A DNA stretch of 63,042 nucleotides, filler included, from Trypethelium eluteriae (taxonomy: Eukaryota), in assembly GCA_051942245.1 (NCBI GenBank). It is 5 parts of 5 records of this genome, joined end to end, with 100 filler letters (N's around TTAATTAATTAA, not from the genome) between each part and the next. Parts side by side here need not be neighbours in the genome. Positions count along the whole stretch, not along the records: positions 37,969 to 50,473 come from JAVECL010000769.1; 4 more parts are not named here. One strand, written 5' to 3'. The notes beneath the pieces were generated by a model. That model ran no database searches, was not told where the DNA came from, and saw nothing but the letters and a program-made list of their open reading frames with translations. Below, piece after piece: positions 37,969 to 50,573 of this stretch. The position numbers were made by a program, and so were the translations under genes. Positions within the stretch are counted from its first letter, which is position 1; each line of letters opens with the position of its first letter.

Positions 37969-39169
37969 CACCACCACCCCTCCCGTCGCCAAATCCCACG
38001 CCCGATGCCCAAACACCCTCAGCATCGCGCGGACCGCGCCATTATGCGCCGTCACCGACACCCAGGCACAGCTCCTCGCATCGCCCCTCCAGATCCCGTC
38101 CAGCGCCTGACGAAGCCGCGGCACCATCTCGGCGTCGGTCTCGCGCACGTCCGACCGCCACAGCGGGTCCGTCTCTGCGAAGTCAGGGTCGAAGCGGGCG
38201 GCGGGGAAGGCGGCGCGGAGAGTGGAGGCCGGGGAGCGGGCGTCGCAGGTGTGGATGCCGTTTTGTTCGCGGAGGAGCTGTGGGGCGGGGGATGGAGGAT
38301 CAGTAGGGTGAGAGTGAGAGAGAGAGAGAGAGTGTGTGTGTGTGTGTGTGGGAGAATTTGATTTGTGGAGGAGCGGGGATTTGAGGAGAGCGAGGAGAGG
38401 GGAGAGACTGATAGGGGAGTTGGGGATGGAGATGTACGGACCTCTTTGACGCGCGGGACGAAGGCATGCTGTAGTGGGAGTTCGGGATCTTTGAAGGTTG
38501 TTTCGGCAGTTTGGAGGCAGCGATAGAGAGGAGAGGTGTAGAAGATTTCAGGGGATGGTGTTTTCTCAACGGTGAGTTGGTGCACCCACGTCTTGTTGGC
38601 GATTTTGGCCTGCTGGATGCCGAGATCTGTTAAGTGGGCGTCAAAAAAGCTGAGGCCATCTGCGCTATCGAGTTTGGACCAGCAATCCTAAGCCAGGAAG
38701 AATATCAGCACTTTGATGCATATCTCCGATATCCTGCCATACGTGAGAGCAGGTTCATGGTTTAGTGGAGCTGCGCCAAGGGAGTCATATCGCGAGACAT
38801 ACATCCCAGGCTGCAGTACCATATTTCTCCTCACCAACATTATGATCTCCCTGGCCATGTCGTGCCAAGAAGAAGACTCTATAATGAACTGTTGAAGGTG
38901 ACTTTCTATTAAGATCATCGAGGTAGTAAGCGAACCGCTGCCAGGAGGTGGAGTTCAGGGGGCATTGCTCGTCTGTCTCGTAATTACGTTCGATCAGACC
39001 GAAGTTAGAATTTGTCTTAGATGGAGATAAGCATCTCGTGAGGTAAACAAACGAGACGGGACCAGAGACAGCGGCTTACGTAGTCAAACTCAGCTGTATT
39101 GGTGGAGGACTCAGATTGTAGGAAAAAACCATTAATCGTCGAATACTCGATAGAAGAATGATCCGTCAT
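37969..39169 (-). CDS. Histidine phosphatase/phosphoglycerate mutase family protein (Pmu1-like), 3'-partial
   Basis: YSTINGFFLQ, LFLARHGQGDHNV (RHG motif), DAHLTDLG, YTSPLYRCLQTA, GIHTCDARS and VTAHNGA. Confidence 0.88.
38308..38350. repeat. Compound (GA)n(GT)n microsatellite inside an intron
   Basis: gtgagagtgagagagagagagagagtgtgtgtgtgtgtgtgtg. Confidence 0.9.
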
Positions 39170-40108
39170 CCTGATTTGCAAAGAAAAGGAAAACTTATTC
39201 AATACTCTAGAGTAGCTTTGAAGTCCGACTCCAATTATGATCAAATAAACGCGCCATCAAAAAAGGGAACCAAAAGCAGCCATGGAAGTCTGTTGACTGG
39301 AATGTCGTAAGCTAAGGTCCAGCAATTTCTGGGAACATCTCACGCTGATCCAGTCATAAAGTAAGGACAACGATGTATCGATGGAAATTGCACCTGATCG
39401 CGCCATTCTACCCTAAAATCGAGTTGGGTTAGCGTACGTCACCCAACTTCATCTCAGCAGTAGCCCCTCTGAGTTCGCTCTATTCATTACGTTTCTACTA
39501 TTACCTTCGGACAACTACTCGCGAGGCTGTTGAGGGAATCCAACATTATATACAGTGGGCTTTGAGAACCTGGAACTAGGGCGTCATCGCTAGAGTCACT
39601 GATGTCTAATGAGATGACGCCGTGACCTGGACGACAGGTATCAACACCGTTAAATTTTCAAGCATGCACAGCCGGAAGCCTCTCCGGATTTCGGTGGCGC
39701 CGCCATTAGGAAGCAGATCCATGTATGCCGTGGACGCACCTGTCTTTAATGCCAAATAGCCGGAAAATTCATTAGCGACCACTTGCGCATCTCCTTAGGC
39801 TTTGACCTGTGATCAGTTTGAAGTTTCAAGCAAGCTGCTTGCCTGCAAGTCTTCCTTGAACGCGATAGCGCTAGTGCCTGTTGTCCAGATGAGGCTCACC
39901 AAATCTGCCTGCCGTAACGTTGGCTACTCCGAAAGCCAAGTCGTGGCACATTCTCGGGCGTTAGCAAAGTGGACCAGTGAAAACTTCCCACCACAGGTGC
40001 CATTCTAAACATTGAATACACTAATGGTGTCCATGGATGAGCGTGAGTATCTTTCTCTTAGCCTCTCACTTACATCATCTTGCTTTCCGCTCCGTTAATA
40101 CATCTGTA

Positions 40109-41991
40109 ATGGTTCTTCTCTGCTTTGCTCGGAGCTCCTTAGTGGGCATAAGCTTCTTATTGCTCTTTTACTTTTCATTACAGATGTCCAGACTCCGGAG
40201 CCAGCACAAGTACTTGGCCTCAAATGGAGAGACCAGTTTGCAATATAAACGATCGAGAGAGTATACTGGTTTTGTGGCTACCCCATACAGAGGGATCGAC
40301 TCAACACATCCTCTTACCACGTCAAGAACTACAGCGCAAGCCGTCTTTACGCCTATACATGTGCCGTTCCATAACCATACGTCTTACATTAACGACACGG
40401 CTGCAAGTAGGAATGGGACAGAGTTCTTGGTTTCGCATACAAATTCCCCGTCCCGCAATAATTCATCTCGCGCAAACGATCTGGCCACGACTAGGAACAG
40501 CATTCAAAAGATACCATCCAAACTTTACTCTCCATCAGAGTTCTTCAAACTCGACACTGGTGGACGATGTTGGCAGTATGATTACAACGATGACCTAATA
40601 TCATTATCTGAAGACGGCGGAGAAGACACAGACAGCCCAGCTCTCCGAAGGCGATTTAGTCACGTTAAAGGTTTTGAGATGTCGAAGCAAGCTCTTCGAA
40701 AGAGGCGTGGGGGTTACGAAGTAGTAAGTGAGCTTGGGAACCTGACCAAATGCAAGTTGACGACCTTGGCTCCAAGACGTCGACCCGCAAGGATAACGCT
40801 TCCCCCGGCTCCGTCCGCAAACGAATTAGAGCGTTGGAAGGGCGCTTCGTGGTGGTACGTGCCTACGACTACATCAAGCTTTCCTGGTCAATGTCCATCC
40901 GTGGTAGTCACGAAGTTTCGAAACGCCGCTGCGTTGACAAAAGTTCCTGTGATAAAGGATGTGGCCTCAAGTGAGCCACCCCAATATTACAAGTTGGGCG
41001 GTAGTAGAAAACCAATCGTCAACGTAGATCACGTCTATGAGACCAAATTCCTTAGGCATTTCTTGAGCGAGATGATTGATTCCGGCCAGATGTCTTGTTC
41101 CGAGCTTAACGCCTTTTTCATGGCTAGCGACCCTCTGAACAAAGGTGCTGCTCGGCTTCAAACACTCTGGGACCAGCTCCAATCCGAAAGTCATCCAGAA
41201 TTTGCTGGCATGGACGAAGTTTTGAATTCCCTTAAGGGGATTGCTTTAGGGTCAGGGCGTTACGGGGTTCGTGAGCAGGATGACACCAAGCTACAGTTTC
41301 TGAACATGCTTGCCGCCGCTGTCGATGTGACTAACAGGCCGGATGTGGCGAAGCTTTTTAGGAAAACTAATCAAAGGGTATATGAAGCATTCTTAGGTAT
41401 CGATGAGCTTGTCGCTCATGATAGGAGCTGCGGAAAGTCTCCTCCAACACCTCGAGATGGTCAGGGCTGGGCGAATGCCTACTCAAGCTACATGAGCTCA
41501 ATATTAGAGAGTAGAAACGCCGCAGTGAGCCAAACGATCAGCAAAATGGCCAACAACGTGGATTCTTACTTCTCAGAAACAACAGATAATATGGGCAAAC
41601 TAAATTCCATTGGCAGAGGTAAGAAATAGATATTTCTTTGTTAAGGGGTTGCCTCGTTGGTTTATCAGGCTCCAAAAGAGGCAGCGCTTCAACTGTTTCA
41701 GCAGCTCTAACTTGTCACTCAGGCCTTCGGGCATTTAAAAGAGGATACCCAGCGTCCAGCTGGACCTTCAACTCGGCCTTACTGCTGAATCCACAAAACA
41801 CCGCAACGCATAGAATTGATAAAGGCGCCAAACCCGCTTGTGCGGTCACTTTGACAACAGCTACACAGACGAGCCCAACGCCAGACCTCACACTGTCGAT
41901 AACTCCTACCTCACCTACGCCACCACCTTCAACGCCGCCCTCTCCAGCATCTCGAACTCCGCCGTTACCGACCAATGCCATTGTCGTTTGA
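40109..41991 (+). CDS. Secreted or signal-anchored protein with NVDHVYE motif (resembles domains found C-terminal to fungal GH18 killer-toxin-like chitinases), probably truncated
   Basis: N-terminal hydrophobic helix, RRR/KRR sites, NVDHVYETKFL and LNSLKG. Intron 41619..41722, a Pro/Thr linker, then TGA. Coding-like sequence with stops continues to ~42476. Confidence 0.6.
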
Positions 41992-42636
41992 TATGATTAC
42001 AATGACGATCTTGACGGAGATGACGGCGAGGTGATCAATGGGCCTGACGGGTTGAAGACTACGGGTTCACACGATGTCTTATCTTACACACAAGGTGCTA
42101 TATCGCCCCAGCTATACGCAGATGGAGGCCCATATTCACAGCAGGTAGCAAAAACGGCCATAATCAGGCCTATGGCAAGGTCGACATTGATCCCTTAAAT
42201 GTCGCTAGCAGTGCAGACTGCTTCGACATTCAGGATGACTTCAACATCTACCGGGAGCTTTAACCTGTGGTTGAGGAGTAAAGGTATCGTGTCACCCATA
42301 CGCCATATCCCAAGCGCAATGCGCGGACCCTACGGGTCAAAGAAGTGACCTCGCTTCCTGCACGTGGTAATATCCGTGCCAGAGACTCCGCCAACCATGA
42401 TGTTACCCAGCTTTCCGACATCGTACCTGTATCGTATGAGATCCGTGGTGACGGGATGAAAGTACGAGTAGAGTAAGCTCTGATGAACCGAGCCGAATTG
42501 GTACAATCCAGCCAAGCGATGGAGGCAAGGTCGATATTCCGAGGAAGAAGCAATCTATCTTGGTCACTGTTACAATTTCGTCTCTGCATTAATAGTCCAA
42601 GCTATAGCGCCGTAATGTGTTCGTAGATAACATGGC

Positions 42637-43795
42637 TCATATCTTTGCTGCCTGTTCACGCTCCACTTCGTAGGTAAAATCAAAATAGGGCTTGTCGAAA
42701 TGATGCACTCGAATATATCCGTCCTCTCCACCACTGCAATATCCCGTCCCATGTGGATGCACGGCGACGTAGTTAAGGGGACCAAAGTGCCCCCGCACAC
42801 GTCCTATCTCCTCCTCAAAAATCTTATGGAAAAATCTTGCTTCGAATTTCCCTTGTCTGGCGCTGGTCCTTGTGACATCCGCGGCGGCCTGCCCGCCGCC
42901 CAGAATGACATAGTCCTTTTTGGGAGTCATGCAAGCAGAGTTCAAGGGTGTGTCGGTAGGGTAAGTCTTGAGAACCTCAAGATCGTGGGCTGTGATAAGC
43001 TGCATGGTGTTAGTTGACTAACTCCATTTCGGGCGAGCTAGCATACCTTCGCCGTCTTGTCTTTCGACGATGTGATGAAGTATGTCCTATCTTGCGACCA
43101 TTGAAGATCTGTTATCGGTTCATTCTCATGGACTGTAGCACCGAGTTCTTCAAGACCATCCTGAGATCGTGTGAGCTGGGATTTCTCTATCGTTGATGTA
43201 GACTTATCTTACCTTCATACTCCACTGGGTGACAGTGCCATCCTCGTGACCAGATATGATGAACTTCGATAGATAGCTGAATCCAGCGACTGTTGCTTTG
43301 CTCTCTTGACAGACAATTCTTAGGCTATGCTCGTCTGGCTGTTTCGCATCGACATCGACGGTGATGTCGTACACTACGATCGAGCTGACCGCGCCTTGCC
43401 GCTTCTCCGTAACTCCCAACAGTCTCGTGCCATCTTCATTGAACTCTACTCGTTTGATACTTGAATGGAATTCCCACGTCTTCAGAAGTTTTCCAGTCTT
43501 GACATCCCAAAGCCTCATGGTATCGTCGGCTCCACCTGAGGCAAGCAGGGTTGTGGTGGGGTCAACATCCACGCTCCAGAGGGCACCTTGGTGTCCATGA
43601 TATGTCCCTAGGCGCTCTCCGTTGGCAGAGAACCAAGCGCAGATGACATGGTCCTTTGAGACTGAAAATATTATGTCGCCATCTTTGTTGTATTTAACTT
43701 GGGTCAGGGATCGTTCCTTTGATCATCATCAGTGGCATATCCAGACATGATTCAGAAGGGCAGCTCACATGGCCCGATATCAGGATAGGTCTCAT
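42637..43795 (-). CDS. TIF34: Translation initiation factor eIF3 subunit i (WD40)
   Basis: [46 protein letters not shown] and [24 protein letters not shown]. Confidence 0.96.
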
Positions 43796-44371
43796 GGCGC
43801 GCGTGTGAAGACCAAATCTTCGTCAAGTTCTCCAAAAGTATAGACTGCAGGGTGGGTCTGGAACAATATTGTTCCGGCTTAGAGTCACACTTTTCGCCTG
43901 CGTGTCTGCAGGTGGACTCTGCTAAAAATACCCCGCTATAGAGAGGATCAAAGGCTCGGTAAATATCTGCCCGATCCGCGGGAACTGTACGTCATTGTTG
44001 ATTCATTACGGTCGCGTAGGAGTACCACTTGCTTTGCTGTCTTCGATCATCTTTCATACAAAATTGCCATCGACGTATCGACCACAACAGCGTCCAACTG
44101 AAATTGATTCTACTTACTGCTAACGGTACTGCGTACGATAAGACTTGCCTTCAATCAAACCTCGCCAATTCTTCACGGTCATGGTGCGACACCTATCTGA
44201 AATTTTAACGTCTCTTCAGGTTACGGCGCGGGGAATGGTCAAAGTCCGCGGATATGCCGGTAACGTTCTTCTCTGCCAATGACACCTATAGTTCGTCGAG
44301 CATTTCCTCAGCACTAGCTGCATCTACTACGATTCTAATCACTCAACCAATCTCGCATTCCTATCGCGTTC

Positions 44372-45182
44372 ATGGGACTCCCGATGGATAATGTTCACAC
44401 GCCCACTGTGGGTTCTGGCGCAACTACGAACGGAACTGTTCAAAATGGTGGGCAGGAGCGGGCATCGCTCACTGAGCTCATGGCAAAGAAGGATAGCATC
44501 GAATCCGAGCTCTCTGCACTTGGCTCTGTCTTGGATTCTGTCAGTCATATCATATGCGTCTGCTAGAGACACTGTACTTACCGACGGCATATAGCACGGC
44601 GTGAATATGAATACTGGCCTCACAACCTTCGACGGCTTCCCACGAGCCGACATTGACGTCGCTCAAATCCGAACCACCCGCGCACGCATCATCAGGCTAC
44701 GAAACGATTACAAGACAGTCATGGCTATGATAGAGGACGGCTTGCATACTCATCATGAGCAGCTGCAAGAGAGAAGTAGTTCTACCGCATCTACATCGAG
44801 GCCCGCTGCTGCATCCGGAAGCTCTCAAGTCTCGGACTCTAATCAAGCTGTCGAAGTGTCATTCGCAAAAGTCAACAGCATCGCATCCGGGAGTCCAGCT
44901 GAGACTGCGGGCTTGAAAGTCGGGGACCGTGTCACAGTCTTTGGAGCAGCGAATTGGATGAATCACGAGAAGTTGAGTAAGGTAGCTCAGGTCGTCTCCG
45001 AAAATGAAGGCGTAAGTCACATAGTCATGGCGGTTGGTACCATGCTGATTATGGACTTCCAGAGGCAAGTCCTGGTAAAAGTTTTACGTGCCGAATCTGC
45101 GGAACCCATATCGATGCATTTAATACCACGACGGGATTGGGGTGGTCGAGGAATGCTTGGGTGTCACTTGCTGCCCATATGA
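44372..45182 (+). CDS. NAS2: 26S proteasome assembly chaperone Nas2/PSMD9 (PDZ)
   Basis: DGFPRADIDVAQIRTTRARIIRLRND, PDZ GSPAETAGLKVGD and WGGRGMLGCH. Two introns. Confidence 0.93.
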
Positions 45183-45792
45183 CTAAATCAAATTGGTGAA
45201 GTTTGCTAGCACATTTGGCCCGCATTACATGACTAAACGTCAAAGAAGTCGCCATAGGAGATATCGCCATCCGCAAGAGAGAGAGCATTCAGCGTTCTCT
45301 ACTAACACTGGCAGTCACGCATATTTGACCCTGCTCAAGGTGCGACAATGTTTCAAGCATGAAGATTACATAAGAGCGAAGCAACGATACCTTAAGGTAT
45401 GCATCCTTAACAGGGCCGCATCCGAGAATGCTCCCTGCAGTACACGTGAGGCAGGTACAGAGAATTTGCGGCCTAAACACATCAGAATGCTATATCATGG
45501 CTCAAAGTCGATGTAGAAGTGTGTGAACTCATACGGAAGAGACTATGTATGCATATCATCGTCAAATTCAAAGCTTACAACAGAGCCGCCACGATTGTCG
45601 AAAGGCGTCGCTCGTCTAATAGCAAGCGGAGTTCCTTGATTGCATCCGAGATGTTCATTCAACTGGCGAATTCAAACCATCGAGGCTCAGGTCACCGCAA
45701 AACCCATTCTGGCACTATGTGCGCTTGGACAGCCAAAAGCGCCTTGAGAAAGCCATCTCAAATTGCCTTTGTCCTCTCTCATGACGTGCGAT

Positions 45793-47899
45793 TTACCTCT
45801 TCTCATCAAACTTATCTGGTGACTCGCCCCTCTTGCTATCCTCATCCGCCTCTGCGCCCTCCGTCACTTCAGCCCTCCCATGCGCACTTGGCTTCCTTCT
45901 GCCCGTCACGTCCAAGAAGATCAATTTTAAAGTCCTGGACGACGTCCCTCTACCCTCCCATAACGGATACAGCCCAACACAAAACGCCGAGAAGAATAAC
46001 CATATAATCCCCACCGTCACCCATCCGGTGAAAAATGACTTGCTGAACACATACCCGGACCCATACATTGGCATCGGCCAGAGTACCAGCAACGCAATCG
46101 TCAGGAACACCGTCAACCATCGCGCAATCTTTCCCGCCCGCTGGAGCTTGTGCTGCTCCTCGCGCTCCTCATGATCACTATGCCTTGACTCACCAGGGAC
46201 AAGCTCCAAATCCATATGCGCTGCTGCCGCCAGATCCGAGTCATCCCCCTTCCTGATCATCTTCATACTCACCCAGTCGTACCGCTGCGGGCCCAAAGTA
46301 TACGTCAGAACCGGGATGAATAGCAGCGGACTCAGCAGCGCGACCACGTTGCCGGCCAACATAGGATTATTAGCGCCTGTACTCGCGACATTCAGCGACC
46401 CACCTTCCTTCTTCGCCGTCACTAGCCACGCAATCAGACTACAGATCAGTCCGAGTACCGGGGTGAAAGTCGCAGCAGCCCAGTTCTGCGCAGGCCAGAC
46501 GAGCGTGCACGCGGCGGGGAGCACAGCCGAGGAGATGATGACACCCATCATGAGGTAGAGATACCCCATCGAGATCCCGGCATAGTACAGCCCCGTACTG
46601 AAGGCCGCCATAACGATAGCATAAACGACGCAGGCGGTGTGCGACATGTAGATGAGCCGACGGCCGGACGCAGCTGGATAGATGTACGTCTGATAGATGT
46701 CGTAGGTCCAGATGGAGGAGACGGCGATGAGCTCGGCCGACATAGCACTGGTGACTGCCATGAAGATGAGAAGGAGAGTCGCAGCCGCGCCACCGGAGCC
46801 AAGAAGCGCGACGGCGGCATCTGGCAAAACCAGACCTGCAGTCACGTCATTGGGATCCATACGACTGGGAAAAGTCGGAAAGACGGGATTGGACTCGAGG
46901 GCGAGGGCGGAGAGACCCATGGTCGTCGCTGCGAGCCAGGGGATGGCGAACCAGCTGATACCACCCATGATATAGCCAGGCAAAGCCTAAACAGTCGATT
47001 CAAATCAGTAAGGACAGATGAAATCAAGATTTCATCTTACTCACATGAATAGGCGAGGCGGCGATCGCTTTGTTATAATAGCCGTTGTCGCAGAAAACAG
47101 TTCCGAAGTTGCCCACGATGTTGATGACGAAGAAGATGGCGCCTTCTTTTGATCTCATTGTCAGATAACTGCCTTCGGCGTTACCTGACACGGGATGATC
47201 TTTCGCGGCTTGAACCAAGAGATCATAAACTTTACCGGGACTCCCCACGATATTGTTCGTCGCGTAGGCCGTGAATGCAAAGATAAAGATGATGATCAAT
47301 ATCATGAGGGTGTGGACATAGTCGGTCAAGAAGGTGGCTTTGATTCCCCCGAAGATAGTGTAAAGGACGACTCCAATGGGTAGAAGAAAGCATGCAGCTA
47401 CCGTGGGAACGCCAGTCAATGAAGTCACGACTGCAGAACCACCGGTGAGCAGCATGGCTGTGACTAGAATATTCGTTGCGAGTCCAAAAGTAATGAATAC
47501 TCCATGGGTGATAGGTCCGTAACGAGCACGAATGACCTCCAAGAAGGTATGGGCATTCGGTGCTCGGCGCTTCAATTCAATGGCCAAAGTTGCAAAGAGG
47601 ATGACCTGGACGGTAGCTCCAGAGGCATACCAAAATGGACCGCTCACTCCGTAACGATATGCGACGGCAGAAGATTGGAGAAGAGTTGCGGCCCAGGTCC
47701 AACTGGAGACGACGGCGCTGGCCACCAGACCAGATTTGACGGTTCGCCCAGCGGTGTTGAACATCTCAGAAGTCTGAAGCTCATTATTGTACCGCTTTAA
47801 GACAAAGGTTGTCAGGATCATCCCAAAGGCAAAAAGGAATCCAAGGCCAACAATGACACCATAACCGGTTGCCGTTGAAAGAGGTGGTGTTGTAGCCAT
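45793..47899 (-). CDS. DUR3: Urea active transporter (sodium:solute symporter family)
   Basis: [39 protein letters not shown] and [17 protein letters not shown]. One intron near 46987-47040. Confidence 0.95.
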
Positions 47900-48234
47900 C
47901 TTGATCTTGACCCAACAAACCACAGCTTTATTTCAACTTGTATTAGACGACGTAAATCGTCACACCTCGGGGTGTTCACAGATTGAAGAATAGTACCGTA
48001 AGTTCTACCAAGGAAATGGAGCGAAGTGGTCGACCCACGTGCTTAAAAAGATCTCGAATTTTTTTTTGGCCAGGGAGATCTTGCAGATTTAAGGAAAGAA
48101 CCGAGGAAATGGTCTACCCACATCATGATCCATGCTACAGCGTCTATCTATCGTGCTTTAGCAAAGCTTTCTCGCAAGCAATCTGGGCAATTGACATGGG
48201 AGGGGGGGAAAAGTTGCACATCCTGGTCGTACTT

Positions 48235-48276
48235 GATAAGCTCGCCCCACGGGAGTTGACTGTCTAGATAAGCTCG
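48235..48276. promoter_or_regulatory. Paired GATAAG sites (AreA/Nit2 nitrogen regulation) upstream of DUR3
   Basis: GATAAGCTCG occurs twice, at 48235 and 48267 (32 bp apart), about 340 bp upstream of the urea transporter. Confidence 0.55.
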
Positions 48277-48680
48277 TAACGACGCTAGATACACATGAAT
48301 ATTAGCCAATCAAATCAAGGACGATCTACCGTCTAGAACTCCTTATTAACGTGTGGCATGCATGTGGCTCTGTAACTCTTAGTCGGACTCTGCCGGTAGA
48401 GTAGTCTCGAATGTGGGCAAAGTACTCTACTCCGGAGGATCAAGTTCGATGCTCTCTAAGTCTGACTCGTTCAGGGAGATGATCGAAGGCTTGGCATACC
48501 ATCCACCGTTGAAATTATTTACAGTTATCTGTAGGTGCCGATCACAGGTAGACACCAGATGCAAAAGTATGGATACAGTGGCTAGAGTCTCGACTGTAGC
48601 CCAGAATTACCCTCTCTCTTCTCACCTTCCCCTGTTGAATTATTAGTCCAAGAATTTCTAGAGAAGAAAAGAATTGACTT

Positions 48681-49933
48681 TCAATCTTTGACCCCTTCAA
48701 TAAGTGTCTTGATGCCTTTCCCATCCCTCACATCTTGGAAGGCTAGTTCAGCAGAGTCGAAGGGCACTTTGCCGGAAATCAATTCCTTCACTGGAACGCT
48801 ACCATTCGCGATCATGGTGACAGCAAGCTGGTAGTCTCCACTGGAATACCTGAAAATCTGTCAGCCGGAATAGCCCAACCTAAGGTAAGACTTATACCTG
48901 AATGACCCTTTTACATTCAACTCCTTCGCACACATGGCCCCTATGGACCAAGTAATCTCTGGCTTGCCCATCCCCGCCTGAACATACGTCCCTCCCACTC
49001 TCAACGCATGCAGCGCCGTCTGGATACACGGCTCTGCCCCCGTCGCATCAATTCCCACATCCGCTCCCACCCCAAGACCACAATCTCGGACCAACCTCGC
49101 CGCCGACTCACTCGCGCTCTCCTTCTGCGCCCGAAAAACATGCGTCGCCGCATACTTCTGCGCAAACTGCAACCTCTCCTCATTAATATCCACACTCACA
49201 ATCTTACTCGCGCCAAACGCCCTCGCCACCGCACAGCACAACAAGCCCACCGGTCCCGCGCCCCACACCACAACCTGCTGGCCGGGCTTCACACTCGCCT
49301 GACGCACGACATGCACCGCGACACTCGTCGGCTCGACGAGCGCCCCTTCCTCCAGACTCATGCCCTGCGGCAGCTTATAGCAAAAGTCGTCGGGCAGCCG
49401 GTAGAACCTGGCGAGGGTGCCGTCGAAGGGCGGGGTCGCGGCGAACGCCATCTCGGGACACAGATTGTACTTACCGTCCTTGCAGCGCACGCAGCGCCGA
49501 CACGGGATCCCGGGTTCGAGTGCGACGCAGTCGCCGACGGAGACGGAGGTCACGGCGGAGCCGGTGGCGGTGATGATGCCGGAGGATTCGTGGCCGAGGA
49601 CCATGGGGGAGCGGACGATGAAGGCGCCGATGGAGCCGTGGGTCCAGTAGTGGACCTGGTGGAAGGGAGGAATGGAGTCAGAGGAGAAGGGGGATGGAGG
49701 AGTCTGGGGGGGGAGGATGGGCGGGTACTCACGTCGCTGCCGCAGATGCCGGTGTATTTCACGTTAACGATTACATCGTGGGGATCTTTGACTTCGGGGA
49801 CGGGTCGGTCTTCGTATTTGACTTCACCTGGTTTTTGGAGGACGAACGAGAGATTCTTTGTCGTTCTTAGATTAGCTGGTGTAGGCCTCGCGATCTCCAT
49901 TTTGCATTCGCGACATACCTGGCTGGACGCCAT
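48681..49933 (-). CDS. XYL2: Xylitol/sorbitol dehydrogenase (Zn-MDR)
   Basis: NLSFVL, TGICGSD/VHYW, MVLGHES, CRRCVRCKDGKYNLC, GAGPVG, KGSFRY and GKGIKTLIEG. Three introns. Confidence 0.92.
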
Positions 49934-50253
49934 TACGAAGAGTCTGGCGTTCTTCGAATTGTGTGTCTATTAAGAGCCAATTCGCGGAGAATCAGAAACA
50001 AAGAGAAAAGTCAATGAGGCGTGGCTCCCGCAATGGCCAAGGATTTCTAACTCATCCATGCTTGAAGAGGGTCAGGCAAGAAAACAAACCTTACGAGCCT
50101 GTGACGTTGAAGGTGGGGTGGTGGGGTGGTGGGGCACACCATGTGAGAGCATTTATCCGGACAAACACCCTCCGAGGAACTTTGGCGACACTGTTGTTGG
50201 ATATCTTGGCACGCTGAAAACTCGTACACCAACCGGATTACCCGTCTGGGGTG

Positions 50254-50473
50254 CTACTCTGATATCCCGTTTTCATCCTCGTCCTCATCCATACCCACAT
50301 CTGCCTCACCCTCAACCCCCTCCTCAATCTCCATCTCCCCATCCTCTTCGTCCTCCTCATCATCATCTTCAAGGTCTCCCATCCTCCCCTCTTCCCTCTC
50401 CTCTATCCTCTTCTTCTCCTCCTCCTTCCTCCCCTCTTCAATCAACCTCCTCTTCTCCTCCCTCCCCTTCCTC
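50254..50473 (-). CDS. Possible acidic C-terminal fragment of a gene cut by the gap
   Basis: Glu/Asp-rich reading frame ending ENGISE*. Low complexity only. Confidence 0.3.
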
Positions 50474-50573
50474 NNNNNNNNNNNNNNNNNNNNNNNNNNN
50501 NNNNNNNNNNNNNNNNNTTAATTAATTAANNNNNNNNNNNNNNNNNNNNNNNNNNNNNNNNNNNNNNNNNNNN
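50474..50573. other. Artificial contig spacer N44-TTAATTAATTAA-N44
   Basis: Identical 100 bp linker. Confidence 0.99.

Noticed and set aside
39580..39621. Inverted repeat GGCGTCATC..GATGACGCC as a MITE or ncRNA hairpin
   Set aside because: Only a 9-bp stem, single copy in the window, no target-site duplication. Compatible with chance.
2816..45182. Apparent ubiquitin-proteasome cluster (BLM10, CUL4, NAS2) or mitochondrial cluster (QCR6, MGM1, CYM1)
   Set aside because: The genes lie on different, unlinked contigs.
48393..48435. Imperfect inverted repeat CCGGTAGAGTA..TACTCTACTCCGG between DUR3 and XDH
   Set aside because: Short and imperfect, with no supporting context.
49008..49973. 321 aa + strand ORF
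   Set aside because: Antisense shadow of the GC-rich xylitol dehydrogenase gene.
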